From contig OY759726.1 of NCBI GenBank assembly GCA_963662625.1, positions 1,120,001 to 1,184,000 of the forward strand: DNA of 64,000 bases, read 5' to 3'. Under the pieces are notes generated by a model, which worked only from the letters and a program-made list of their open reading frames with translations, did no database searches and was not told the origin of the DNA. The translations under genes were made by a program, and so were the position numbers. The DNA comes from Nitrosopumilus sp. (GTDB taxonomy: Archaea > Thermoproteota > Nitrososphaeria > Nitrososphaerales > Nitrosopumilaceae). Of the stretch, positions 48,928 to 59,476 are shown one piece after another (positions within the stretch are counted from its first letter, which is position 1; every line of letters starts with the position of its first letter).

Positions 48928-49625
48928 TGAGCGGCCCGGATCCTGAAAAAGTCGAAGAAAAGCCCGAGACCCCGCCCGAAGCCAAGCCCGAAGCCAAGCC
49001 CGAAGCCAAGCCCGAAGCCAAGCCCGAAGCCAAGCCCGAAGCCAAGCCCGAAGCCAAGCCCGAAGCCAAGCCGGCACCCAAGCCCGCGCCCAAAAAACCT
49101 GCGGGCAAACCGGAGGCAAAAGAACCGGAACTTCCGGCGTTTGAAAAGGAACTTGCGGACAAGATCGTCGGAAAGTTCGGCGAAAAGACCAAGATCGCCT
49201 TCGTCAAGCCAGACAGGATCAGGATCGACGTGGGGAGGGAGGACGTCCACGACGTCGCCGAGTTCGTGAGGGACGAGATGAACTTCGACCATGCCGAGTC
49301 GGTCTCGGGGGTGGACTTTCCCGACGAGAAGGAGATCGAGGTGGTCTACCACCTGGGATCATACAGCGATCCGTCCCTGGCTAGGCAGGTGCTGACCCTG
49401 GCCACCAGGGCCCAGAGGGAGGACAACCCGCTGCCTGGCAGCGACGCCACCACGCTCCCGAGCCTCAGGGACGTGTTTTACAGCGTCGAGTTCCACGAAA
49501 GGGAGGTCTTTGAGATGCTGGGGGTCTACTTTGACGGCCACCCGGACAACAGGAGGCTGCTTCTGCCGGAGGACTGGGCGGATCTGCCGCCGCTGCGGAA
49601 GGACTTTGCGATCAAGGGAAGATAA
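48924..49625 (+). CDS. nuoC: NADH-quinone oxidoreductase subunit C
   Basis: HEREVFEMLGV, GHPDNRRLLL, PLRKDF. Confidence 0.93.
   Translation: MMSGPDPEKVEEKPETPPEAKPEAKPEAKPEAKPEAKPEAKPEAKPEAKPAPKPAPKKPAGKPEAKEPELPAFEKELADKIVGKFGEKTKIAFVKPDRIRIDVGREDVHDVAEFVRDEMNFDHAESVSGVDFPDEKEIEVVYHLGSYSDPSLARQVLTLATRAQREDNPLPGSDATTLPSLRDVFYSVEFHEREVFEMLGVYFDGHPDNRRLLLPEDWADLPPLRKDFAIKGR
48975..49070 (+). repeat. Perfect 12-nt coding tandem repeat (CCCGAAGCCAAG)x8 = (PEAK)8 in nuoC
   Basis: Eight identical units read directly. Confidence 0.97.
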
Positions 49626-49628
49626 ACA

Positions 49629-50762
49629 ATGACAGCAGAACTGCCCCCGGGACTCGCATTACAGAAAGTGGACGAGAGGATCATGACCCTCAACGTCGGG
49701 CCGCAGCACCCGGGGTCGGGGCACATGAGGATAATAGTGCAGATCGACGGCGACTACATCGTAGCCTGCGATCCAGATCCGGGCTACGTGCACCGCGGGG
49801 AGGAGAAGATGGCCGAGTACAGGAACTACGTCACGAACATCCCCCACCTGGAGAGGCCCGTGATCCACGACTCCTGCAACATCCTGTACCCGTACGTACT
49901 GGGGGCGGAGGATCTCCTCGGGGTAGAGGTCCCGGAGCGCGCAAAGTACATCCGCGTCATCGCCTCCGAGCTGAACAGGTGCATCTACACGATGTACTGG
50001 CTCGCGATCTACGGCATATTCCTGGGCCATTCCACCATGTTCATGTGGCCCGCCGGCGACAGGGAACTGCTGATCGACCTGATGGAGAAGATGTCGGGCG
50101 CGAGGGTCACTCACGCCTACTTCGTGCCGGGCGGCGTCCGGAACGACCTGCCCCCGAACTTTGAGGACGCCTGCCTGAGGCAGGTGGCCTATTTCGAGAA
50201 GAGGATCAAGGAGTACGCCGCGGTGTTCTACGACAACCCGATCCTGATATCCAGGACAGCCGACACCGGGGTCCTGTCACGGGACGACGCGATCCGCCTC
50301 GGCACCACCGGATCCGTCCTGCGCGCCAGCGGGGTGGACTATGACGTGAGGAAGAAGGAGCCGTATGACGTCTACGACGAGCTGGACTTCCAAACCAACG
50401 TGCTCAAGTCAGGCGACTCTTACGCCAGGTCCAAGATACCGTGGCTCGACATGCTCGAGAGCTGCCGGATCGTCAGGAACGCGCTGCAGAAGATGCCCAA
50501 GTCCGGCTCGGTCAGGGTGAAGCTCAAGCCCAACCCCCGCGGCGCGCTGGACTCCGTCTACAGGCGGGTGGAGTCGGGGCGCGGCGCGCTGGGGTGCTAC
50601 ATCGTGTCGGACAAGAAGCCGGAGCCCTACAGGGTGAAGCTCAGCGTGGGATCGTTCAGGAACCTGATCGCGCTCCCGTACCTGCTCAAGGGCGAAAAGC
50701 TCGGCAACATGCCGTCGGTATACTGGAGCCTGAACTACTGGCCGGTGGAGGCAGACAGGTAA
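49629..50762 (+). CDS. nuoD: NADH-quinone oxidoreductase subunit D
   Basis: NVGPQHP, GYVHRGEEK, ESGRG, EADR. Confidence 0.94.
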   Translation: MTAELPPGLALQKVDERIMTLNVGPQHPGSGHMRIIVQIDGDYIVACDPDPGYVHRGEEKMAEYRNYVTNIPHLERPVIHDSCNILYPYVLGAEDLLGVEVPERAKYIRVIASELNRCIYTMYWLAIYGIFLGHSTMFMWPAGDRELLIDLMEKMSGARVTHAYFVPGGVRNDLPPNFEDACLRQVAYFEKRIKEYAAVFYDNPILISRTADTGVLSRDDAIRLGTTGSVLRASGVDYDVRKKEPYDVYDELDFQTNVLKSGDSYARSKIPWLDMLESCRIVRNALQKMPKSGSVRVKLKPNPRGALDSVYRRVESGRGALGCYIVSDKKPEPYRVKLSVGSFRNLIALPYLLKGEKLGNMPSVYWSLNYWPVEADR

Positions 50763-52060
50763 TGTCGATCATCGCGCCGAAATTCAGGCTGAGCGAGTTC
50801 CTTAAGGTAATCCTGGACAACGTGTTCTGGACCGTGCTGCTGCTCTCGCTGGTAGGCATCCCAGCCGTCCAGGTCGTCCTGTTCTACATCGAGATGCCCG
50901 TGATCGACGGGGAGCTCCTCACGCCGTTCCTTGCGCTGACTTGGCTCGCGGACCCGTCAAGGACGCTCCCGATCCTAAAGGCGTTCATGGCGACCGACCT
51001 GTTCAGGATCGCCGCGTTCCCGGGGCTCGGCTTCGCGGCGCTGCTGGCGGCGGGGACGATATTCGTGGAGAGGAAGATGCTCGCGAAGCTGCAGCTGAGG
51101 GTGGGCCCGTTCTACTGCGGGAAGATCGAGGGCATCCTGCAGCTCATGGGGGACGGCCTCAAGCTGATCTCAAAGGAGATAATAATCCCAGCCAAGGCCG
51201 ACAAGCCGCTGTTCTGGGCCGCCCCGCTCCTATTCGTGGGGACGGCCGCCGCGTTCGTCGCGCTGATCCCGGTGTCCCCCGGCTGGGTCGTCGCCGACGT
51301 CGACGTGGGCCTGCTAGCCGTGTTCGCGGTGGTGGGGTTCTTCCCGATAATCACCATACTCTCGGCGTGGTCTGCAAACAGCAAGTTCCCGTTCATCGGG
51401 GGGATCAGGGCGCTGTACCAGATGGTGTCCTTTGAGATCCCGCTGATCCTGTCGCTGCTGGGCGTGGTGATAATCACGGGGACGCTCAACCTGTCCGAGA
51501 TCGCCGCGAGCCAGTCGGCATTCCCGTGGATAATCTTCCTGCCGGTGGGGGCGATCGTGTTCTTCATCACCATGCTCGCGGAGCTGGAGAGGATCCCGTT
51601 TGACCTGCCCGAGGCCGAAAGCGAGATCGTCGCCGGCTGGCTGACGGAGTTCTCCGGCATGATGTACGGCCTCGTCCAGCTGGGGACCTACCTGAAGCTG
51701 TACGCGTTCGCGGCCCTGTTCGTGGTGGTGTTCCTCGGCGGCTGGAACGGACCGATGATATGGCCCCCGTTCCCCGAGGAGATCATCACCGAGGGAATAG
51801 AGCTGGGCCCGGTGACCGCCAAGTTCCCGGGGCTGCCAGTGTTCTCGCAGGAGATGCTCAACGGGACCATGTGGTTCGTGCTCAAGACGGTTGGGGTGAT
51901 CTTCTTCATCCTGCTCCCGAGGGGCGTCTTTCCCAGGATCCGCGTCGACATGCTCCTGAGCCTCGGCTGGACCAAGCTGATCGGGCTCGCGTTTGTTAAC
52001 ATGTTTATAGCGTTGGGTTTGATTTACGCCGGAGTCTTGGGACCAGGAGGGATGTTGTGA
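50762..52060 (+). CDS. nuoH: NADH-quinone oxidoreductase subunit H
   Basis: ERKMLAKLQLRVGP, DGLKLISKE, RIPFDLPEAESE, PRIRVD. Confidence 0.94.
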   Translation: MSIIAPKFRLSEFLKVILDNVFWTVLLLSLVGIPAVQVVLFYIEMPVIDGELLTPFLALTWLADPSRTLPILKAFMATDLFRIAAFPGLGFAALLAAGTIFVERKMLAKLQLRVGPFYCGKIEGILQLMGDGLKLISKEIIIPAKADKPLFWAAPLLFVGTAAAFVALIPVSPGWVVADVDVGLLAVFAVVGFFPIITILSAWSANSKFPFIGGIRALYQMVSFEIPLILSLLGVVIITGTLNLSEIAASQSAFPWIIFLPVGAIVFFITMLAELERIPFDLPEAESEIVAGWLTEFSGMMYGLVQLGTYLKLYAFAALFVVVFLGGWNGPMIWPPFPEEIITEGIELGPVTAKFPGLPVFSQEMLNGTMWFVLKTVGVIFFILLPRGVFPRIRVDMLLSLGWTKLIGLAFVNMFIALGLIYAGVLGPGGML

Positions 52061-52557
52061 TGGGAACGGCAAGCGGCATAATAAGGGCGCTCAACTCGGG
52101 CATAAAGCACCTGGCCGTGAAGCGGTTCACGCTGCGCTACCCGGAGGAGAAGCTCAAGTTCGTGGGCGACGGCTACCAGTTCGACCCGTCCACGGGCGTG
52201 GGGATCGCCGGCTACAAGGGGAGGCACATGCTGTTCCACGACCACTGCACGGGGTGCCAGCTCTGCTCGATCGCCTGCGAGGGCGTGGCCGAGGCGATCG
52301 CGATGGTCAAGGTCCCCGAGGAGCGGTCGCAGAACAAGAAGTCCATCATGCCGCAGATCGACTACGGCAAGTGCGTCTTCTGCGGGCTGTGCGTCGACGC
52401 CTGCCCGTTCTACGCGCTGTACATGACGAACGACTACGAGCTGTCGTCTTTCTCGAAAGAGGGCCTGATCTACACCCCTGCCCAGCTGCAGGTGAAGCCG
52501 TACGTCTCGCAGGATTCCGAGATCCAGATCACTGACAGGGGTGCGACGCATGGCTGA
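52060..52557 (+). CDS. nuoI: NADH-quinone oxidoreductase subunit I
   Basis: CTGCQLCSIAC, CVFCGLCVDACP. Confidence 0.93.
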   Translation: MGTASGIIRALNSGIKHLAVKRFTLRYPEEKLKFVGDGYQFDPSTGVGIAGYKGRHMLFHDHCTGCQLCSIACEGVAEAIAMVKVPEERSQNKKSIMPQIDYGKCVFCGLCVDACPFYALYMTNDYELSSFSKEGLIYTPAQLQVKPYVSQDSEIQITDRGATHG

Positions 52558-53062
52558 CGCCGCGTTCCTCGCGCTGTCCGTGATCACGGTCGGCTCCGCC
52601 ATCGCGGCGCTGGAACTGCGCTCGCTGATCTACGGCTCGATCGCGCTGATGGGCACGCTGGGGGGAGTCGCGGGGTTCTTTCTGCTGCTGGACTCGCCGT
52701 TCGTGGCGATGTTCCAGATCGCCGTCTACGTCGGCTCGATAGCGGTACTGATCCTGTTCACGGTCATGCTGGTCAGGCGGGAGCTCATCTTCACGAAGAT
52801 CGAGGACAGGAGGAGGAAGTTCGCGGGCGTCGCGCTGATGCTCGTCTTCATGGTCGCGCTCGGCGCGGTGATCATGGATTCCGGGATCAAGTCGGTCACG
52901 ACCGACGAGCCCGCCGTGGACTTTAGGGACATCGGGGCAGACTTTCTGACGTACTACTGGCCGGCGCTGATTCTGATGGGGCTGATACTGGCGGGCTCGG
53001 TGATCGGGGCGCTGGTTCTGGCAAGAAGGGAGGACATTGGCAATGAGCAACGAGCTAATTGA
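52550..53062 (+). CDS. nuoJ: NADH-quinone oxidoreductase subunit J
   Basis: QIAVYVGSIAVLILF. Confidence 0.92.
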   Translation: MADAAFLALSVITVGSAIAALELRSLIYGSIALMGTLGGVAGFFLLLDSPFVAMFQIAVYVGSIAVLILFTVMLVRRELIFTKIEDRRRKFAGVALMLVFMVALGAVIMDSGIKSVTTDEPAVDFRDIGADFLTYYWPALILMGLILAGSVIGALVLARREDIGNEQRAN

Positions 53063-53348
53063 CTTCACCCTGGTGTCCGTGGCCCTGCTGGGGATCGGGA
53101 TATACGGCCTCTCGGTGAAGCGGAACGCCATAAGGATGCTGTTCGCAGTGGAGATCATGATCAACGCGGCCAACCTCAACATGGTCGCGTTCGGGCGGTT
53201 CCTGCCCCACAGCGGAGGGCAGACCCTCGCGCTGTTCTCCATCGCCATCGCGGCAGCCGAGGTCGCCGTCGGGCTGTCGCTGATCATAGTGGCGTACCGC
53301 ATGTACCGCAACATCGACATTGCAGACTTTAGGAGCTTGAAGGGCTGA
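53043..53348 (+). CDS. nuoK: NADH-quinone oxidoreductase subunit K
   Basis: EIMINAANLN, AAAEVAVGL. Confidence 0.93.
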   Translation: MSNELIDFTLVSVALLGIGIYGLSVKRNAIRMLFAVEIMINAANLNMVAFGRFLPHSGGQTLALFSIAIAAAEVAVGLSLIIVAYRMYRNIDIADFRSLKG

Positions 53349-54901
53349 TGGAATACGCGCTACTGCAGGCAGTCTTCCTGCCGTTACTGCTGTCCCCGGT
53401 CGCCTACGTGATCGGGCGCAGGTCGGGCCCCACCCCCGCGATGTGGTTCACATTCGCGGTCCTGCTGTATTCCACCGTGCTGGTGATCACGGCCGCCCTG
53501 GAAGGCACCTACGAGGAGCACTACCCGTGGACCGCCTCGTTCGGCGAGTTCGGCCTCCTGCTTGACGGCCTGGCGTCGCCGTTCGCGATAATGATCTACG
53601 TCCTGTGCACCGTCCTGGCGCTCTACTCCAAGCCGTACATGATCCACAAGTTCCACGAGCAGTACGAGGAGGAGCGGGCGCAGTTGGTGGGGGCCGCCGG
53701 CCAGGCGTCCGTCGTGGAACCGCCGTCCCTCTCGAGCTACGTCAACGCCAAGTCCGGCCTGTACTTTGCGCTGTACCTGGTCTTCGCGATGGGGATGCTC
53801 GGCACCGTCCTGGCGACCAACCTGATAGAGTTCTACGTCTTCTTTGAGATCATGCTGATCCCTGGCTTCTTCCTCGTGGCCCTCTGGGGCGACGGCCCCA
53901 GGAGGAAGATCGGCCTCATGTTCCTGTTCTGGACGCACGCCGGCGCGGTGGTCCTGCTCCTGGGGTTCCTGATGATCGGGCTCACGATCGGGAGCTTCGA
54001 CTTTGCGGACATCCGGGAGGCCGACATCCCGCAGGACATCGTGATGGCGTCGGCCGTCGCGATAGCGATCGGCCTCGGGGTCAAGCTGGCGGTGTTCATG
54101 TTCCACATATGGCTCCCGTACGTCCACGGCTCGGCGCCTACCCCGATCAGCGCGCTGCTGTCCCCGGCCATGATCGGGATCGGCGCGTACGGGATATTCA
54201 GGCTGATCGTGGAGTTCCTGCCCGCTACGTTTGCCGAGCTCTCGATCTGGTTCCACATCTGGGGCCTGGTCACCATGATCTACGGTGGCGCGATGGCCCT
54301 GATGCAGGACGACATAAAGCGGCTGCTCGCGTACTCCAGCATCAGCCAGATGGGCTACATCCTGTTCGGGATCGGCTCGATGTCCGTCCTCGGGATGGCC
54401 GGGGCCGAGATGATGTACGTCACGCACGCCCTCGGAAAGGGCCTGCTCTTCATGACTGCGGGGATCCTCATAGTGAAGGTGGGCACGCGCAGCATCTCCA
54501 AGCTGGGCGGCCTGGCCGGGAAGATGCCCATAACCGCCGTCTGCGCGGTCATCGGCGCGCTGACCATCATGGGAATCCCGCCGACCAGTGGCTTCATGGG
54601 CGAGTGGATACTGTTCTACGGCGCGCTGGAGACGGCGATCGACGAGGGCTCCACGGTGAGGGCGGTCACGTTCGCCCTGGGCCTGGTAGCTACCGCCCTG
54701 ACGATGTCGTACATCCTGTGGATGCTCAAGCGCGTGTTCTTCGGGAAGACGCCCGAGAACCTAGAGAACGTGAGGGAGGGGAGCTGGTACATGACCGCCC
54801 CCATGATGGTGCTTGCGGGGTTCACGATCGTAGTGGGCATATACCCGGACATATTCTTGCAGGGGATCATCCCGTACATGAACGGGGTGCTGGGGGCCTA
54901 G
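53348..54901 (+). CDS. nuoM: NADH-quinone oxidoreductase subunit M
   Basis: FYVFFE, HIWLPYVHGSAP, KRLLAYSSISQMG, GFMGE. Confidence 0.9.
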   Translation: MEYALLQAVFLPLLLSPVAYVIGRRSGPTPAMWFTFAVLLYSTVLVITAALEGTYEEHYPWTASFGEFGLLLDGLASPFAIMIYVLCTVLALYSKPYMIHKFHEQYEEERAQLVGAAGQASVVEPPSLSSYVNAKSGLYFALYLVFAMGMLGTVLATNLIEFYVFFEIMLIPGFFLVALWGDGPRRKIGLMFLFWTHAGAVVLLLGFLMIGLTIGSFDFADIREADIPQDIVMASAVAIAIGLGVKLAVFMFHIWLPYVHGSAPTPISALLSPAMIGIGAYGIFRLIVEFLPATFAELSIWFHIWGLVTMIYGGAMALMQDDIKRLLAYSSISQMGYILFGIGSMSVLGMAGAEMMYVTHALGKGLLFMTAGILIVKVGTRSISKLGGLAGKMPITAVCAVIGALTIMGIPPTSGFMGEWILFYGALETAIDEGSTVRAVTFALGLVATALTMSYILWMLKRVFFGKTPENLENVREGSWYMTAPMMVLAGFTIVVGIYPDIFLQGIIPYMNGVLGA

Positions 54902-54904
54902 GGC

Positions 54905-56983
54905 ATGGCGACGGAGACGCTAGGCATGCCGTTTGAGGCCGGCGCCGCGAGCGCCTGGCTGGTCTGGATCCTCCCGTTCGCGGCCGCCCTGATAATGCCG
55001 GCGGTCGGCAGGCTCTCGAGGAATGCCACGGGCTACGTGGCCGTCGGGTTCGCGCTCATGAGCGCCCTGTCGGCGGCGTCGCTGATGCCTATGGCGCTCG
55101 AGGCCCACGAGATACACCACCAGGTGGCCTGGATCGAGTCCATCGGCCTCAAGGGGGGCGTCCTGGCAGACCCGCTCTCGGTCATCATGGCAAACGTGGT
55201 GGCCTGGATCTCCTTCCTGATAATGATCTACAGCACCGGCTACATGAGGGGCGACAGGGACATCACGAGGTTCTGGTTCTGGATGATGTTCTTCATCGGC
55301 TCGATGCAGCTCATCGTGCTGTCCGACAACCTGCTCCAGGTGTTCTTCGGCTGGGAGGGGGTCGGGCTGGCTTCCTACGCGCTGATCAGCTTCTGGTACC
55401 GCGACAAGAAGAAGGACCACGTAGGGCAGGAGGGCAGGACCGTCCTGGGGCTGCTGGACTACTACTCCCCGACGCACGCCGGCATGAAGGCGTTCATCAT
55501 GACCAAGGTGGGCGACGTGATGATGATCGCGGGGATGCTGCTGATCTTCCTGTTCGCCGGGACCTTCGGGTTCAGGGAACTGATGGGCGACACCGGATGG
55601 GCCACCGCAATGTCGGCGCAGGGCCTCCTCGTCCCGGCGTTCGTGCTGCTGTTCGGCGGCGCGGTGGGCAAGTCCGCCCAGTTCCCGCTAAACGAGTGGC
55701 TGCTCGAGGCGATGACAGGCCCCACGGCGGTATCGGCGCTGATACATGCGGCCACGATGGTCAAGGCCGGGGTCTTCCTCGTGGCGAGGATCGGCCCGCT
55801 CATGTTCGCGCTCGGCGCGGCGGGGATACTGGCCGACCAGTTCTTCGAGATAGTCGCGTGGGTTGGGGCGGTCACCGCCCTGCTGCTGGCCACCCAGGGC
55901 ATGGTGAACCCGGAGATCAAGAAGGTGCTAGCGTACTCCACCGGCTCGCAGATCGGCTACATGATGATGGCTCTAGGGGTCGCCGGCCTGTCCACGCAGT
56001 ACGTGGACGGGTACACGGCCGGGTTCTTCCACCTGATATCCCACGCCATGTTCAAGGCGTCCCTCTTCATGGCCGCCGGCTCGCTGCTGCACGTGGTGGG
56101 CTCCAGGTTCATGACCGACATGGGCGGGCTGCGCAGGCACATGCGGAAGACGTACGCGTTCATGTGGGCCGCCGGTCTCGGGCTGATGGGGGCCCCGTTC
56201 ATCACGACCGGTTTTTGGAGCAAGGACGCGATCTTCGCTTCCGTCTTCGAGTCGGGAAGCGAGTGGGCCATGCCGCTCTACGCGATCGCGGTGCTGACCG
56301 CCGTGATCACGGCGTTTTACACCACCAGGATGATCGGCATGGTGTTCTTCGGGAAGAAGAGCAGGCACGTTGAGAAGATGGAGGAGGCAGGGCGCCACAT
56401 ACACGAGGCCCCTCTCTCGATGTGGGCCCCGTACGGGATCCTGGCGGCCCTGACGATCGGGATCGGGCTGGTCGGGCTGTCGGCCGAGGAGGGGATCCAC
56501 CACCTGTTCGCCGAGTACCTCGACCACTCGTTTGGCATCCACGCCGCGCACTACGAGCCCGGGGAGTCCGTCCTGCCGGAGTTCCTGCAGGGGCTCAACC
56601 CAGTGGCGCTGGGATCCTCGCTTGCCGCGTTTGCCATAGGCATCGGGCTGGGCTACGTCTTCTACATAGCCCGGTGGGTCGACCCCGTCAGGTTCGTGGG
56701 ATCCAACGTGTTCTTTTACGCTATCCACAAGGTGATCCTTAACAGGTGGTACCTCAACGCGATAATCTACTGGTGCTTCGTGGTGGCCCCGCTGTGGCTT
56801 GCCCGGGGGGTGTTCCGATACTTTGAGAGGACCGCCATCGACTACGGGATGAACGACGGGTTCCAGAAGGCCGTCGGCTGGAGCGCCAGGGTGGTGCAGG
56901 GGACCCAGACGGGCGTCGCACAGTCGTACCTGTTCGTATTTGGAGCTGGACTGCTATTCGTGGTCCTGATTTTGCTGGTATAG
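54905..56983 (+). CDS. nuoL: NADH-quinone oxidoreductase subunit L
   Basis: GWEGVG, GKSAQFPL..WL..AMTGPT.VSALIHAATMV, HAMFKA. Confidence 0.93.
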   Translation: MATETLGMPFEAGAASAWLVWILPFAAALIMPAVGRLSRNATGYVAVGFALMSALSAASLMPMALEAHEIHHQVAWIESIGLKGGVLADPLSVIMANVVAWISFLIMIYSTGYMRGDRDITRFWFWMMFFIGSMQLIVLSDNLLQVFFGWEGVGLASYALISFWYRDKKKDHVGQEGRTVLGLLDYYSPTHAGMKAFIMTKVGDVMMIAGMLLIFLFAGTFGFRELMGDTGWATAMSAQGLLVPAFVLLFGGAVGKSAQFPLNEWLLEAMTGPTAVSALIHAATMVKAGVFLVARIGPLMFALGAAGILADQFFEIVAWVGAVTALLLATQGMVNPEIKKVLAYSTGSQIGYMMMALGVAGLSTQYVDGYTAGFFHLISHAMFKASLFMAAGSLLHVVGSRFMTDMGGLRRHMRKTYAFMWAAGLGLMGAPFITTGFWSKDAIFASVFESGSEWAMPLYAIAVLTAVITAFYTTRMIGMVFFGKKSRHVEKMEEAGRHIHEAPLSMWAPYGILAALTIGIGLVGLSAEEGIHHLFAEYLDHSFGIHAAHYEPGESVLPEFLQGLNPVALGSSLAAFAIGIGLGYVFYIARWVDPVRFVGSNVFFYAIHKVILNRWYLNAIIYWCFVVAPLWLARGVFRYFERTAIDYGMNDGFQKAVGWSARVVQGTQTGVAQSYLFVFGAGLLFVVLILLV

Positions 56984-56993
56984 GTGATATGGT

Positions 56994-58478
56994 ATGCTCG
57001 ACGTAAGTTCCACGCCTCTGGTCATGGTAGCGATCCTGGGAACCGTGGGGATACTGCTGCCGGTGATCAGCATCGCCAGGGGGGAGAGGGGCTCCAACTC
57101 GTTCTACGCGGCCATCGCCTTCGCGGCGCTGTTCGCGTCGATCGGCTACGTCTGCTACGTGCTGGCCACCGAGCACATAGTGCCGTCGGCGCTGTTCTCG
57201 GAGGAGGTGCTCGTGGACGACGCGTTCGGCGGGTTCTTCGCCATAGCGATGCTCATCGTGGCGATCTTCACCACCGTCGGGTCGTTCAACTACATGAGGA
57301 AGCAGAACTCCCCGGCCGTGTACTACTCGCTGATCCTCCTCTCGACCATAGGCATGGTCCTCGTCGCCTATTCCACCGACCTGGTGATGCTGTTCGTGGC
57401 GTGGGAGCTGATGAGCATCCCGACGTACATCCTCGCGGGGTTCATGAAGAAGAACCCGAGCTCCAACGAGGCCGCGCTGAAGTACTTCCTGTTCGGCGCC
57501 ATGTCGTCTGCCATAATCATCTACGGGATATCGATATCGTACGGCCTGACCGGCTCCACCAACATAGGGGCGGTCATCCAGGGGTACGCGTCGCTGGACC
57601 CGTCGCTCCTCCCGCTGGCGCTGCTCTCAGTCGGGATGTTCATCGCGGGCTTCGGGTTCAAGATGGGGCTCGTCCCGTTCCACATGTGGCTGCCCGACAC
57701 GTACGAGGGGGCGCCGGCGCCCATCACCACGCTGCTGGCGGCCGGGACCAAGAAGGCAGGGTTCGCCGCGGCGATCAGGATAATCGTCCTGGGGATGGTC
57801 GCGCTCAACCTGGACTGGACCCTGGCGCTCGGCGTCATCGCCATCATGACCATGACGATCGGCAACGTGGCGGCCATCATGCAGAAGAACCTCTCCAGGA
57901 TGCTGGCGTACTCAAGCATAGGGCACGCGGGATACATCCTGATCGGGCTCGCGATAGCCCCGTTCTCGTCGATGGGGATACAGGGCTCCATGTACCACGT
58001 GCTCAACCACGCGGTGATGAAGGGCGCGGCGTTCGTGGCCATCGGCGGGCTGGTGACCACGCTGGCGGTGACCAACCTGGACAAGCTGAAGGGGCTGGGG
58101 AGGAGGATGCCCATCACGTCGCTGGGGCTGGTGGTCTCGCTGCTGGCGCTGGCCGGCGTCCCGCCGCTCAACGGGTTCTGGAGCAAGCTGATGCTGTTCG
58201 GGGGCGCCCTTGACGCCACGGGCGCCGTCTGGTGGGCCCCGTGGCTCGCCATAGCGGGGGTCCTGAACAGCGCGCTGTCGCTCGCGTACTACGGCTGGAT
58301 CATGAGGAGGATGTACTTTGAGGGCGAGACCGAAAAGCGCGTCTCGGAGCCCAGGTCGGTGATCGCCATAATGGTGTTCTCCATAATATTCATGGTCGGG
58401 CTGGGGGTCTACCCGGACCCGGTCATACAGTTCGTGGAGTTCGCCTCCCCCGTGATCGGGATGGGCATCACGCCTTAA
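56994..58478 (+). CDS. nuoN: NADH-quinone oxidoreductase subunit N
   Basis: EAALKYF, PFHMWLPDTYEGAP, RMLAYSSIGHAG. Confidence 0.93.
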   Translation: MLDVSSTPLVMVAILGTVGILLPVISIARGERGSNSFYAAIAFAALFASIGYVCYVLATEHIVPSALFSEEVLVDDAFGGFFAIAMLIVAIFTTVGSFNYMRKQNSPAVYYSLILLSTIGMVLVAYSTDLVMLFVAWELMSIPTYILAGFMKKNPSSNEAALKYFLFGAMSSAIIIYGISISYGLTGSTNIGAVIQGYASLDPSLLPLALLSVGMFIAGFGFKMGLVPFHMWLPDTYEGAPAPITTLLAAGTKKAGFAAAIRIIVLGMVALNLDWTLALGVIAIMTMTIGNVAAIMQKNLSRMLAYSSIGHAGYILIGLAIAPFSSMGIQGSMYHVLNHAVMKGAAFVAIGGLVTTLAVTNLDKLKGLGRRMPITSLGLVVSLLALAGVPPLNGFWSKLMLFGGALDATGAVWWAPWLAIAGVLNSALSLAYYGWIMRRMYFEGETEKRVSEPRSVIAIMVFSIIFMVGLGVYPDPVIQFVEFASPVIGMGITP

Positions 58479-59319
58479 ACGACGCGAACTTTACCAGGTT
58501 TTCCAGGCTGATCTTCGGGCCGTCGCAGGCGATCTTCCTGAGGCTAGCCCGAGCCCTGTCGGAGTACTCCTTCAGCAGCTCCTCCATCCTGTCGAACACG
58601 TCCCTGGGATCGGAACTCTTCTTGATCAGCAGGTTGAACAGCTTGTCCTCGTTCTTCCAGTCGAGCAGGTCGTCCCTGATCTGGTACGCGATCCCGATGT
58701 TCCTCCCGTACTCGGTGAGCGCCTCGATCTGCTCCTCCGTCCCGTTCCCTATGATCGCGCCGGTCCTGGCGGCAACCTCGAAGGCGGTGGCGGTCTTGTA
58801 CTCTATCACCTTGAGGTAGTCCCCGAAGGTGACGTCCTCGCTGGTGTCCAGCCTGCTCTCGATCATCTCCCCCTCGCTCATCAGCATCGCGGTGGTCGCC
58901 AGGTCCTTGGTGATCCTGGGGTTGTCCAGCCTCGAGCATATCGCCAGGATCAGGCCCAGCACAAAGTCCCCGGTCAGGACGCTGGTGTTGTAGCCGTACT
59001 TGATGTGGAAGGGCTCCTTCTGCCTCCTCACGGTCTCGTTGTCTATGATGTCGTCGTGGATGATCGACTCCATGTGGAGGAACTCCACGGCGCAGGCCGC
59101 AGCCAGGGTGTTCTCGTCGACCCTGCCGACGCTCTCGGCGGCCAGGACCAGGATAACCGGCCGGATCCTCTTGCCGCCGTCAAGGGAGTACTTGAGCGGC
59201 TCGATGAACTCGGACTCGGAGTACAGCGACAGCTCCTTGTCCAGCGCCCGGTTTATCTCCTCGATGTACTTCCCATAGGTCTCAATCAAGGGGTTGATCT
59301 CGATGTTTTTCCTGTCCAA
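58468..59319 (-). CDS. Polyprenyl (GGPP-type) diphosphate synthase
   Basis: GGKRIRP, IHDDIID (FARM), YKTA, YQIRDDLLD (SARM). Confidence 0.92.
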   Translation of the reverse strand: MDRKNIEINPLIETYGKYIEEINRALDKELSLYSESEFIEPLKYSLDGGKRIRPVILVLAAESVGRVDENTLAAACAVEFLHMESIIHDDIIDNETVRRQKEPFHIKYGYNTSVLTGDFVLGLILAICSRLDNPRITKDLATTAMLMSEGEMIESRLDTSEDVTFGDYLKVIEYKTATAFEVAARTGAIIGNGTEEQIEALTEYGRNIGIAYQIRDDLLDWKNEDKLFNLLIKKSSDPRDVFDRMEELLKEYSDRARASLRKIACDGPKISLENLVKFASFKA

Positions 59320-59476
59320 GACTGCCTAACAACAAAAGCTCTCCCATTACTAATTAAATCTTGGTACGTTGCGGGATCCCTGCGTTGGCACCATCGGCCG
59401 TAACCGCCACCGGCCCGGCCGCGTGGATCCCCGCACGAAGAGATAAATACGCGCGCCGGCCCACCTTCCGGTGCAC

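Noticed and set aside
47988-58478. Complex I without nuoEFG and with nuoM before nuoL
   Set aside because: Known arrangement in ammonia-oxidising archaea; not novel
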